DNA from: an uncultured Clostridia bacterium
GTDB lineage: Bacteria > Bacillota > Clostridia > Christensenellales > UBA1242
Assembly: GCA_944349515.1 (NCBI GenBank)
Contig: CALVNE010000005.1
Location: forward strand, 1 to 49,588
DNA: 49,588 bases
Direction of reading: 5' to 3'
Position numbers and translations under genes: made by a program. The stretch's first letter is position 1, and each line of letters starts with the position of its first letter. Positions 1 to 8,785 of this stretch are shown piece by piece. The notes under the pieces are model-generated. The model worked only from the letters and a program-made list of their open reading frames with translations, had not been told where the DNA came from and searched no databases.

Positions 1-254
1 TTAAATTTTGCTAACGCAAAAACACAATAAATTGTGTTCATCACATTGTATGTATGACCATCAGTCTCACTCAAATGTGACTTCGTCACGCTTGGTTCGA
101 CTTCCGATAATATAAAAAACTGAGCGATGTTAAAATTTAAGAAAGTTAAAGATGCATTGTAAAAAATGTGTTGCCACGGTTTGTTTTAACATTTACCTTA
201 CATAACTTTCGGGCGCCCATGCTCGGCTTCAGATAAAATATTTTTGAAAATTTA

Positions 255-304
255 GCACAAGATATAGTGTAGTATGCAAGCATAATACCTACCATATCTT
301 GTTT
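255..304. repeat. ~48-bp dispersed element with two NrdR-box-like palindromes, copy 1 of 3
   Basis: Cores CAAGATATAG (258-267) and CCATATCTTG (292-301). The spacer GTGTAGTATGCAAGCATAATAC recurs at 26491-26536 (inverted) and, with small changes, at 38958-39005. Confidence 0.75.
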
Positions 305-390
305 TTTAATCTATCTTTCTTATATGTAAAGTAGTCTTATTTTTATACATTAATTATATCTTAAATAATCCTATTTTTAATGTTAATATT

Positions 391-984
391 TCACAATAAT
401 TCGGTTATCTTATTCCTATTTTTGTAGGCGTAGGTGATGTTTTTTTGGTGAGTTTTGTCCTTTAAAAAACTGCCGTGGGTTTTTGAGTTTTTAAAATGCA
501 GACAAACATGCCCGCCTAAGCCATTTTCGCCTTTACTTTCGCCATGTGGAAAACCGGTGAGGCTGGCGCAAAAATAGACGTTTTCGCGATATTCAAGGTA
601 CACAGGGCGCCTATCCCAAGACGGCGTGCCGTTATATATCTCATATAATAGAAGGGTGTTGTTCTCGTCGATGGTTTCAATGTCGGCGTGATTTTTTCCG
701 CCCGTGCGCTCAATCATAATGCTGATTCCGCTTTCAATATCAATAAGCCGATAAGGCGTAAAGCATTCAATTATGGCGTTGGCAACTTCCCAATCGACCG
801 CCAGAACCTTGACTTCGTCATCGCTTTCCACCTCAAGTTCGCTCTCTTTGACGTTGGCAATTTCCACCATGTTTTTGTCTGTCACATTGGTGTAGGAGGA
901 AAACATGGGATAAGGAAAAAGTCCGGCAGTCAAACTTGCCGACAGAGCGAAGATGATGAGGTATATAAGTAGTCGCTTGTGCAT
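391..984 (-). CDS. Secreted/membrane-anchored protein with a conserved clostridial cell-wall-associated C-terminal domain (His/Cys motif, L,D-transpeptidase-like)
   Basis: N-terminal hydrophobic signal. Motifs GGKNHAD, SWDRRPV, PHG-x8-GHVCLHF, SKTHG. Start moved from 999 to ATG 984 (MHKRLL) because a promoter-like motif overlaps 990-1018. Confidence 0.6.
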   Translation of the reverse strand: MHKRLLIYLIIFALSASLTAGLFPYPMFSSYTNVTDKNMVEIANVKESELEVESDDEVKVLAVDWEVANAIIECFTPYRLIDIESGISIMIERTGGKNHADIETIDENNTLLLYEIYNGTPSWDRRPVYLEYRENVYFCASLTGFPHGESKGENGLGGHVCLHFKNSKTHGSFLKDKTHQKNITYAYKNRNKITELL

Positions 985-989
985 AAAAT

Positions 990-1018
990 TAGTTTGCATA
1001 AAATTTCTATTTTGATAC
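990..1018 (-). promoter_or_regulatory. SigG-like (forespore) promoter
   Basis: Minus strand GTATC-17 nt-CAAACTA, nearly the same as the motif at 22582-22610. Resembles the SigG consensus GNATA-17/18-CAtnnTA. Confidence 0.4.
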
Positions 1019-1061
1019 CAATATAAAGTCTAATTTCAGCGTGTTTCGCATATCTTTTCTT

Positions 1062-2078
1062 ATGAAACAAGTTTGGACAACTGTTTTTTTGTTGTTTGGC
1101 ACAATTGTTGGGTCGGGATTTTCAAGTGGCAAGGAAATTCTAGTGTTTTTCAGCCGTTTTGGCGAACTTTCTTATCTTTACATCGTCATTGCGTGCCTGT
1201 TATTCTTCCTCCTCTTTTACCTCTTCCTTTCTAAGGGAAAATTTGTGATAGAAAAACTTGAAAAACTTAAAATTGTCAATGTTATTTTAACCTTCATTTC
1301 GCTTGTTTTCACGGCGTCGATGTTTGCCGGGCTTAAAAGTTTATTTATGTTTTCAAATTCGTTCTTGTATATTCTTCTTTGCGCACTTCTTTTAATTTTC
1401 ACCGTATATTTAACCCTTAAAGGTATGCGGGCGCTAGAGAAGGTGACACTCATTCTTATGCCAGTTTGCGTATTTATCTTTCTTGCCGTACTTATATATA
1501 TTTCCTTCCAAAATCCCGAGTTCACCGCTTCGGCGACGAGTCCGTTTGGCTACTTTTACTGTCCACTCTATGTGGCGCTCAATTTTTCCACCAGCACCTT
1601 TATTGTCAGCAAGGCGGGGCGGGAGTTAAATAAAAAACAGACCTTTTTAGTAAGTCTGTTTTGTGCCATACTTCTTTTTATCTTCCTTCTTTTTGCCAAC
1701 TTTGTGCTTAGAACTCATGTGGATAGCCACTACGCCGATATGCCGTTTTTGTACCTTTGCAAAGATAACCCTTTCTTTTTTGTGCTTTGTTATGCGGTCA
1801 TTTTAATTGGCTGTTTGACCACACTTTTTTCGCTCTGCCTTACCATAAAATCGTCAGTTTTCCCAAAAAGTGATGCGCTGGGTATTTGCACTGCCGTTTT
1901 TTTGCCCTTCCTTATAAGCGAACTTGGGTTTTCAGAGATTGTTGCAAACGTCTATCCGCTTGCTTCTGTGCTTGGAATTTGCGTGCTACTATTTTTTATA
2001 TATTCGTTCAAGCAGACTGACAAGATAGTACATCACGAACGCCAAAATGCAAAGCACAAACGTCGCACTCATCACTAG
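1062..2078 (+). CDS. YkvI-like multi-pass membrane protein
   Basis: N-terminal GTIVGSGFSSGKEILVFF motif typical of the YkvI family; about 10 hydrophobic segments. Likely start ATG 1062. Confidence 0.75.
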   Translation: MKQVWTTVFLLFGTIVGSGFSSGKEILVFFSRFGELSYLYIVIACLLFFLLFYLFLSKGKFVIEKLEKLKIVNVILTFISLVFTASMFAGLKSLFMFSNSFLYILLCALLLIFTVYLTLKGMRALEKVTLILMPVCVFIFLAVLIYISFQNPEFTASATSPFGYFYCPLYVALNFSTSTFIVSKAGRELNKKQTFLVSLFCAILLFIFLLFANFVLRTHVDSHYADMPFLYLCKDNPFFFVLCYAVILIGCLTTLFSLCLTIKSSVFPKSDALGICTAVFLPFLISELGFSEIVANVYPLASVLGICVLLFFIYSFKQTDKIVHHERQNAKHKRRTHH

Positions 2079-2798
2079 GTCGATTTTGAAAATTTGCCCG
2101 CCGTAGACGATAAGATAACCAAGCCCTGCCTTGCTTGTGAGGTATTCGCCCATGATGCTACCAACGAAACTCATGCCGACATTTATTTTTAACACCGAGA
2201 TAAAATCGCGCATAGACGACGGCAATATAAGTTTCCAAAGTATTTGAAATTTGTTGGCGTTCATGCTCTTTAAAAGCAGAATTTTTCCTTCGTCACACGC
2301 GACAAATGAGGAGAGCATGGTCATGGTGGTGATAACTATTGAGATAAGCACGCACATTAAAATTATCGCGTTGGTGCCGGCGCCTACCCATAGAATTATA
2401 ATAGGTCCAAGGGCGATTTTCGGCAAGGAGTTTAAAACGACAATGTATGGCTCGAAAATTTTTCGTACCTTTTCGTTCCACCAAAGTAACACGGCAATGA
2501 GATAGCCAAGCACGGTGGCAATGAAAAAGCCGATAAGCGTTTCATACAGCGTCACCCATGTGTGATGAAAAAGGGTGCCGGAGGCTATCATATCGCCAAG
2601 TTGCGCGATTATCCTCGACGGGCTGGAAAAGAAAAACGGGTCCAGCACATTTAAATAGGTAAGTAATTCCCAGAGTCCTAAAAATGCCACTAAAATAAAA
2701 ATGCGAAAAAAGATGACGATAAATTTATCTTGCTTTAACTTTTTCACATATTTTTTGTGTGAGAGGGAAAAATTAACCATTTTCGCTTTTTTCTTCAT
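1989..2798 (-). CDS. NitT/TauT-family ABC transporter permease
   Basis: SSPS, LNSLPKIALGP and GEYL..KAGLGYLI motifs. ATG 2798 follows a GGAGAG RBS and overlaps the end of the ATPase gene. Confidence 0.85.
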   Translation of the reverse strand: MKKKAKMVNFSLSHKKYVKKLKQDKFIVIFFRIFILVAFLGLWELLTYLNVLDPFFFSSPSRIIAQLGDMIASGTLFHHTWVTLYETLIGFFIATVLGYLIAVLLWWNEKVRKIFEPYIVVLNSLPKIALGPIIILWVGAGTNAIILMCVLISIVITTMTMLSSFVACDEGKILLLKSMNANKFQILWKLILPSSMRDFISVLKINVGMSFVGSIMGEYLTSKAGLGYLIVYGGQIFKIDLVMSATFVLCILAFVMYYLVSLLERIYKK

Positions 2799-3549
2799 TG
2801 GTAAGTTCTCTCCATATCTTTTCAAAATAGCCACTAAACGATGAATCCTCTCTCTTTTTTAGTGGGGTTTCGCCAATAAGGTCAAGGTTTATCTCGTCTT
2901 TAATACGCGCAGGGCGCGACGATAGCACAATTATTTTATCGCTCATTGATATCGCTTCGGAAATGTCGTGCGTCACAAGTATGGCGGTCTTTTTTTCGCT
3001 CTTAATTATCTCATAGACATCATCGCATAACGATAGGCGCGTTTGATAGTCTAGGGCAGAGAAAGGTTCATCGAGTAGCAGAAGTTTTGGCTCCATAACA
3101 AGTGTGCGTATGAGCGCAACGCGTTGCCTCATGCCTCCACTTAGCGAGCGTGGCTTTTTGTTTTTAAAATTGTAGAGACTGTATTTTTTCAAAAGTTCCT
3201 CGGCAAATTGTAGTTTTTCGTCGAGATTTTTCGGCTTTTGTAGTTCTAACCCTAGTGTGATATTTTTCCAAACCGAACGCCAATCGAAAAGCATATCGCG
3301 TTGGAACATATATCCTATCTTTTTTGTATCAATCTTATTTGAGCCGTCTAGATATACATTGCCAGAACTCGGTTTCAATAGCCCGGCGATTAGGGAAAGT
3401 ATTGTGGTTTTGCCACAACCGCTGGGTCCAACAATCGAAACAAACTCCTCCTCAAAAACATTGAAGTTGATGTTATCGAGTGCAAATATTTCGTCGTCTT
3501 TGGTTTGATAGAAATATGTTACATTATCAAATTTTAAAATTTCGTTCAT
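2773..3549 (-). CDS. NitT/TauT-family ABC transporter ATP-binding protein
   Basis: Walker A GPSGCGKT, signature LSGGMRQR, Walker B LLLLDEPFSALD, VTHD. Confidence 0.93.
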   Translation of the reverse strand: MNEILKFDNVTYFYQTKDDEIFALDNINFNVFEEEFVSIVGPSGCGKTTILSLIAGLLKPSSGNVYLDGSNKIDTKKIGYMFQRDMLFDWRSVWKNITLGLELQKPKNLDEKLQFAEELLKKYSLYNFKNKKPRSLSGGMRQRVALIRTLVMEPKLLLLDEPFSALDYQTRLSLCDDVYEIIKSEKKTAILVTHDISEAISMSDKIIVLSSRPARIKDEINLDLIGETPLKKREDSSFSGYFEKIWRELTNEEKSENG

Positions 3550-3675
3550 CTTTTGCCTCTACAAATACATTTTATTTTGCTCGCTCTTTTTTGTGAATAT
3601 TGGTGGCATAAAAACTTGAATAACCACTTTTCCCCGCTTAAAATTTATGCGAAAGTTGCTTAAAAAGGAGGTTTA

Positions 3676-3954
3676 GTGGAAGATATAAAGAAAGCTCTTT
3701 TAAAAAAGGCGCTCGGGTTTTGTAGCGACGAGATTGTGGAGGAGTATTCGCTTGACGAACAGGGCAACTCTGTTCTAAACAAGCGCAAGGTCACCAAAAA
3801 ATACAATCCGCCGGATATAAGTGCCATGAAGATATTGCTTGAAAAAGAGAATGCGCTAGACGATAGACTTTCACACATGACCATGTCGGAACTTAAAAAA
3901 GAAAAAAAGCGACTTTTGAAACAATTAAAGGAGGAAGAGAAGAGTGAAAGTTGA
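3676..3954 (+). CDS. Phage terminase small subunit-like protein, apparently without the N-terminal HTH
   Basis: ALLKKALG...E...RKVTKKYNPPDISA resembles the C-terminal part of Firmicutes phage TerS-like proteins. Strong AGGAGG RBS; first gene upstream of the portal. Confidence 0.55.
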   Translation: MEDIKKALLKKALGFCSDEIVEEYSLDEQGNSVLNKRKVTKKYNPPDISAMKILLEKENALDDRLSHMTMSELKKEKKRLLKQLKEEEKSES

Positions 3955-4177
3955 AGAATGTCGTCACACGGTTAAATGCGACACGAGCGGGTGCAAAAAT
4001 TTTGCCAAGTATTACATCTCAACGCGCGGATTTTTAAAGAATGAATTTGCGTTTTGTGAAGAGTGTTTGAAAAGTTTATACAGCGAACTTGCCAAACTTT
4101 TTGTGCCAAGAGCGATAGAGTCGCACTTTAAGCCAGATAGAATAACAAGAAGGAGGAAGAATGAAAAAGCAGAATAA
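3944..4177 (+). CDS. Small putative zinc-finger protein of the phage-like operon
   Basis: C-x4-C...C-x2-C pattern; GGAGGA RBS; overlaps both neighbours. Confidence 0.6.
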   Translation: MKVEECRHTVKCDTSGCKNFAKYYISTRGFLKNEFAFCEECLKSLYSELAKLFVPRAIESHFKPDRITRRRKNEKAE

Positions 4178-6002
4178 TTTAGTTGAAGAGGTTTTAAAGG
4201 ACTTTCAAAATCGAATTTTGGAGCGCAAAAGTTATGAAACTCAGTGGAAGTTAAACATGAATTTCTATATGGGCAATCAATTTTGCACCATCGGTTTTGG
4301 CGGGCTTGTGGAGGATAGTGATAGGCAATATTTTTGGCAAGAAAGAGAGGTGTTTAACCACATTGCGCCGAAAATTGATATCCGCCTTGCCAAACTTTCG
4401 GCAATAAGACCAAAGTTGTATGTTGTGCCGGCGTCCAGCGACGAAAAGGACACCTACACCGCCAAAATGTCGAAGAAGATTTTAGATTCGGTTTCGTCAA
4501 AGTACAACCTTTCGCAAAAGATAAATCAGGCGACTAAGTGGAGCGAAATTTGTGGCACAAGTTTCTATAAGGTGTTCTGGAACTCTAACCTCGGGCAGGT
4601 TGTTGCCATTGAAGAGAGCGGGCGAAAGATAAAGGCGGGCGATGTGGATATTGCCGTTTGCTCGCCATTTGAAATTTATCCGGACTCCACCACTTGCGAG
4701 AATTTGGAAGATTGCCAAAGTATAATTCACGCCAAGGTCTATTCTGCGGAAGAGATTAAGAGAATGTACGGCGTGGAGATTGAGGGGAAGGAGATAAACG
4801 TCTTTTCGCTTGACAGCACCTTCTCAATCGGCGGACTTGGTTACAGCGGAATTGGCACCAAAGTGATTGAAAGCACCAAAAAGGACGCGGGGCTTGTTAT
4901 TGAAAAGTATGTAAGACCGAACGAGGACTATCCAAACGGTAGGCTGATTATCATTGCCGGCGAAACGCTGGTGTTTGACGGCGAGTTGCCTTACATAAAC
5001 GGCGTGGACGGCAAGCGCGATTTTCCGTTCATTAAGCAAGTTAGTTGCGACGAGGTTGGCTCGTTCTGGGGCAAAAGTTTGGTGGAAAGATTGATACCAA
5101 TTCAGCGTGCATACAATGCCGTTAAAAACAGAAAGCACGAGTTTTTAAATAGGCTCACGCTCGGCGTTTTGGCGGTTGAGGACGGGAGCGTGGATATCGA
5201 CAACCTTGAAGAAGAAGGTTTGGCACCGGGTAAAATTTTGGTATATAGACAGGGCGCGAATGTGCCGGAATACCTTGACAGTGAAAGGTTGCCAACCGAT
5301 TTTGAAAAGGAAGAGGAAAAACTGCTTGAAGAGTTCACCACGCTAAGCGGAACTTCGGAGATGGGCGACATGACCACCATTTCCGCGTCCATGAGCGGTG
5401 TGGCGCTGGAACTACTTTTAGACGAAAATCAAACGCGTTTATCTTTCACAACCGACAGCATAAAAAATGCCATAAAAACAATTGGCAAACATCTTTTGAG
5501 GCTGTATAAACAATTCGCAAATATGCCGAGGCTTATGAAGATTGTGGGCGAAAATGGTATGCCGGAACTTTTCTACTTTAAAAGTAGCGACATCTCGAGC
5601 GACGACGTGCAGTTTGAAACGGAGTCGGAGGGCGCTGACACTCTCACGCAGAGGCGCAATACCATTTACACCTTGCTTGATAAGGGGCTATTGCAAGACG
5701 AGGACGGCAAACTTAGTCAAACTGCGAAAAACAAAATTTTGGAGATGATTGGCTTTGGCAATTGGAACTCCACGCAAAATTTAGGCGAACTTCACATACG
5801 CCGTGCGGATAACGAAAACATTGCCATGCTGGACGGGGATAGCGTTCGCGTAAAACAAATTGATGACCACGCGCTTCACATCAACGAGCATATTGCATAT
5901 ATGCTCTCTGGCGAATACGAGAAGAATGCCGACGAAAAAGTGGAAGAGGTATTTTTGAAACACATTGAAGAACACAAAAATCTTTTAAAGGAAGGAGAAT
6001 GA
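4161..6002 (+). CDS. Phage portal protein (podovirus/P22-like)
   Basis: 613 aa. Motifs FNHIAP, SPFEIYPD, SFWGKSLVERLIPIQRAYN, PGKILVY, SGVALELL and a C-terminal DDHALHINEH. Lies upstream of scaffold and capsid genes. Confidence 0.8.
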   Translation: MKKQNNLVEEVLKDFQNRILERKSYETQWKLNMNFYMGNQFCTIGFGGLVEDSDRQYFWQEREVFNHIAPKIDIRLAKLSAIRPKLYVVPASSDEKDTYTAKMSKKILDSVSSKYNLSQKINQATKWSEICGTSFYKVFWNSNLGQVVAIEESGRKIKAGDVDIAVCSPFEIYPDSTTCENLEDCQSIIHAKVYSAEEIKRMYGVEIEGKEINVFSLDSTFSIGGLGYSGIGTKVIESTKKDAGLVIEKYVRPNEDYPNGRLIIIAGETLVFDGELPYINGVDGKRDFPFIKQVSCDEVGSFWGKSLVERLIPIQRAYNAVKNRKHEFLNRLTLGVLAVEDGSVDIDNLEEEGLAPGKILVYRQGANVPEYLDSERLPTDFEKEEEKLLEEFTTLSGTSEMGDMTTISASMSGVALELLLDENQTRLSFTTDSIKNAIKTIGKHLLRLYKQFANMPRLMKIVGENGMPELFYFKSSDISSDDVQFETESEGADTLTQRRNTIYTLLDKGLLQDEDGKLSQTAKNKILEMIGFGNWNSTQNLGELHIRRADNENIAMLDGDSVRVKQIDDHALHINEHIAYMLSGEYEKNADEKVEEVFLKHIEEHKNLLKEGE

Positions 6003-6003
6003 T

Positions 6004-6648
6004 ATGGACGAAGAAAAGTATTGGGAACAACCGGAAGATTTAACCCTTGATGACGCTCAGCAAAGTGAGGTTGAGGAAAATGCGGAAGGCTCCCAAATTG
6101 AGGTTACAACAGGCGACAAAAGCGAAGCGGAAAACGGCGAAACGGTTGGAAAATTTAAAGATGTAAATGCGCTACTTGAAGCCTATAACAACCTTGAAAA
6201 GGAATTCACAAAAAAATGCCAAAGACTATCCGCCTTAGAGAAAGACAAGGTAAAGGAGGACGAGACGCTTAAAAAACAAGTGGACGAAAAACTTTCTTTA
6301 TTCCTTTCTTCGAACGGCGAGGCATCGGCTTACAAGGAAGAACTTTTAGCCAAAGTGAATGAAAATGATAGTCTAAAAAGAATGGACGACCCCTTCGGCT
6401 ATGTTTGGGCAGAAATGGTGTTTGATAAGATTAAAAACCAAAAACTAACCGATGAGTCTGTCAAAAACTACATTTTGAGTAATGAAAATATCAAAAATGC
6501 AGTTATCGAAAATTATATAAATCAACTAGCGGAAAATAAGTCACCGGTCATCATATCATCGAAGGGAAATAGGGTGGCAACGGTTGCCACTCAAAACCCT
6601 TCCAACTTAAATGATGCGAAAAAATATTTAATCGACTTACTTTCCTAA
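6004..6648 (+). CDS. Capsid assembly scaffolding protein
   Basis: Acidic N-terminus, then GKFKDVNALLEAYNNLEKEF (podoviral scaffold-type motif) and a coiled coil; located between portal and capsid genes. Confidence 0.7.
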   Translation: MDEEKYWEQPEDLTLDDAQQSEVEENAEGSQIEVTTGDKSEAENGETVGKFKDVNALLEAYNNLEKEFTKKCQRLSALEKDKVKEDETLKKQVDEKLSLFLSSNGEASAYKEELLAKVNENDSLKRMDDPFGYVWAEMVFDKIKNQKLTDESVKNYILSNENIKNAVIENYINQLAENKSPVIISSKGNRVATVATQNPSNLNDAKKYLIDLLS

Positions 6649-6665
6649 GAAAAAAGGAGAAAAAA

Positions 6666-7901
6666 ATGGTAACTTTACAAAGTGCAGAAAACGCGCTTAA
6701 AAGTGTCTACTTGGGCGTTGTTGCTAACCAACTCAATGTGGCAGCCAGCCCTCTTCTTGCCATGATTAAGCGCTCTACCAGCAACATCTACGGCAAAGAA
6801 ATTCGAAAAGCGGCGCCAATCGGCATAAACGGCGGTATCACTGCTGGCGACGAGGACGGCAAACTTCCAAAGGCACATTCCACTGAATATGTGCAGTTTG
6901 TGGACGAACTTAGAAATCTCTATGGAAAATTGGAGATATCCGACAAGGCGCTTCGTGCAACTTCAAACAATATCACAAGTTTTGTCAATCTTTTAAACGA
7001 CGAAATGGAAAGGCTTATTGAGTCTAGCAATTTTAACCTTGGCAGAATGCTTTATGGCAACGGCACCGGCACTCTTTCCTCTGTTATCTCTTTTAATGAG
7101 TCAAACAAATACCTTGAACTACATGATGTTAGCAAAATTATAGAAGGTATGGTGGTGAGAGGAACCGATGTTGGCGCTCAAAACAGAGACCAAAACGAGG
7201 AGAACTATTTTATCGTTCAATATGTTGACAGAGCGAACAACAGAATTTATCTCGACAAAGGCGGTTATCAATCCATCGGCATAAATACCGGGTCGGACAT
7301 ATATGTTCAATACTCATATAACAAAGAGATGATAGGAATTGAGGGAGTTTTAACTAACGCCAAAATTTATGGGCTTACAAGAGCGGACTATCAGTGGCTT
7401 AAACCTTACCTTTCCACAACAACTTCCTATATCTCGGACAACCTCATTCAAACCGCTATCGACTCACTTGAGGATAACGCAAACTCTAAGATTAACCTCA
7501 TTTCAACCACGAAAGCGGTGAAGAGATTGTATCAAGAATACCTTTCGGCATATAGAAGAAACATCGACATAACCGAACTTGCTGGCGGTTATAAAACAAT
7601 GACTTACAACGGCATTCCGGTGATTGGCGAAAGATTTGTTCCCGCTAACACGATGTATCTTCTTAACACCAACGACTTTACATTGTACGAAATGTGCGAT
7701 TGGAAATGGCTGGAAGATGAGAACGGCAGAATTCTCAAGCAAAATCCAGATTACGCAACATATTCGGCAACGCTGGTTAAATATGCAGAACTATTATGCG
7801 ATAAGCCGGGCGGACAGGGCAAGATAAGCAACATTGCCACCACTCTTACGCCACCTGAAACCTCTGGCACGTCTGACACTGACTCTGGCTCACAAAGTTA
7901 A
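6666..7901 (+). CDS. Phage major capsid protein (HK97-fold, podovirus type)
   Basis: E-loop GDEDGKLP, LYGKLEISD, backbone helix ending GRMLYGNGTG, GGYKTMTYNGIPV, MYLLNT, YAELLCDKP; position after the scaffold gene. Confidence 0.85.
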   Translation: MVTLQSAENALKSVYLGVVANQLNVAASPLLAMIKRSTSNIYGKEIRKAAPIGINGGITAGDEDGKLPKAHSTEYVQFVDELRNLYGKLEISDKALRATSNNITSFVNLLNDEMERLIESSNFNLGRMLYGNGTGTLSSVISFNESNKYLELHDVSKIIEGMVVRGTDVGAQNRDQNEENYFIVQYVDRANNRIYLDKGGYQSIGINTGSDIYVQYSYNKEMIGIEGVLTNAKIYGLTRADYQWLKPYLSTTTSYISDNLIQTAIDSLEDNANSKINLISTTKAVKRLYQEYLSAYRRNIDITELAGGYKTMTYNGIPVIGERFVPANTMYLLNTNDFTLYEMCDWKWLEDENGRILKQNPDYATYSATLVKYAELLCDKPGGQGKISNIATTLTPPETSGTSDTDSGSQS

Positions 7902-7917
7902 TTAAAAGGAAAATAAT

Positions 7918-8238
7918 ATGAAAAAATCATTCGAAATTTATAGCGACTGTTTGGATATTGTTAAAAGACTTAAAGAGATAGACAAGGACTATTTTGTTAT
8001 GTACAACCTTGAAAGAAAGACTTTTGAACTACATAACCATGCGCAAGAAAGAGATACCTTCTGTTTGACCTTGCCTTTTGACTCTCTCGATGAGCGCGCC
8101 ATAACTTTAACAAAGAAAACGCTTTCTGTTAAGCGTGACGAACTTTTTAAGGAAATGGAAGCGGAAAATGAGAGGAACTTAAAATCTAAATACCGCCAAA
8201 TTTTGAATGAAGCGGAGGCAAGATTATATGAAAGTTAA
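7918..8238 (+). CDS. Hypothetical protein of the phage-like operon
   Basis: Intact ORF with AAGGA RBS, co-oriented, overlapping the next gene. Confidence 0.65.
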   Translation: MKKSFEIYSDCLDIVKRLKEIDKDYFVMYNLERKTFELHNHAQERDTFCLTLPFDSLDERAITLTKKTLSVKRDELFKEMEAENERNLKSKYRQILNEAEARLYES

Positions 8239-8785
8239 AGATGTTGTAATTTTAACTTGCCTATTTATTGGCGAAAAGGAACTCGCTACAAAGTTGGAGG
8301 ATAATACCACTTTGAATGATAGGGAGCAGGAGCGAGTGGATACTTTGGTCAGATGTTACAATCTTGTCAATCAAGAGATAGCATCTGACTATCTCCCTTT
8401 TTTATATACTGAAAAGATAGATGTTAATAATTCCATTTTAAACTTCTCGGGGTTAGAAAAGACCCTTGTAAAAGTGTACGAACTTAAAGGGTCTATAAAC
8501 CAAAATGTGCGTTACAAGGCGTATCCAGATTATTTAGAGGTTGTTGGGCACGCCAAAAAGATAACATATTCATACATGCCGGAGGACTTAACTCTTACCG
8601 ATGGCGTTGAGTTTTATAACGGTCTGTCCGCTAGGATTTATGCTTATGGCATGGCGAGCGAGTTTCTTCTCTCTGACGGGCTGAGTGAGGACGCGGAAAT
8701 TTGGGAAGAGCGCTTTAAGGAAAGTTTGTTTGTGTTATCAAGGAGACGGACTGAGGTTGCTCTTCCAAAGAGGAGATGGCTTTGA
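8228..8785 (+). CDS. Putative head-tail adaptor (T7 gp11/P22 gp4-like position)
   Basis: ~185 aa helix/beta/helix layout ending in a basic tail; GGAGG RBS before ATG 8228; synteny before the nozzle-like gene. Confidence 0.55.
   Translation: MKVKDVVILTCLFIGEKELATKLEDNTTLNDREQERVDTLVRCYNLVNQEIASDYLPFLYTEKIDVNNSILNFSGLEKTLVKVYELKGSINQNVRYKAYPDYLEVVGHAKKITYSYMPEDLTLTDGVEFYNGLSARIYAYGMASEFLLSDGLSEDAEIWEERFKESLFVLSRRRTEVALPKRRWL

Noticed and set aside
6666-7901. Encapsulin nanocompartment
   Set aside because: Portal, scaffold, adaptor and nozzle genes are present and no cargo enzyme is adjacent, which is a virion-type layout.
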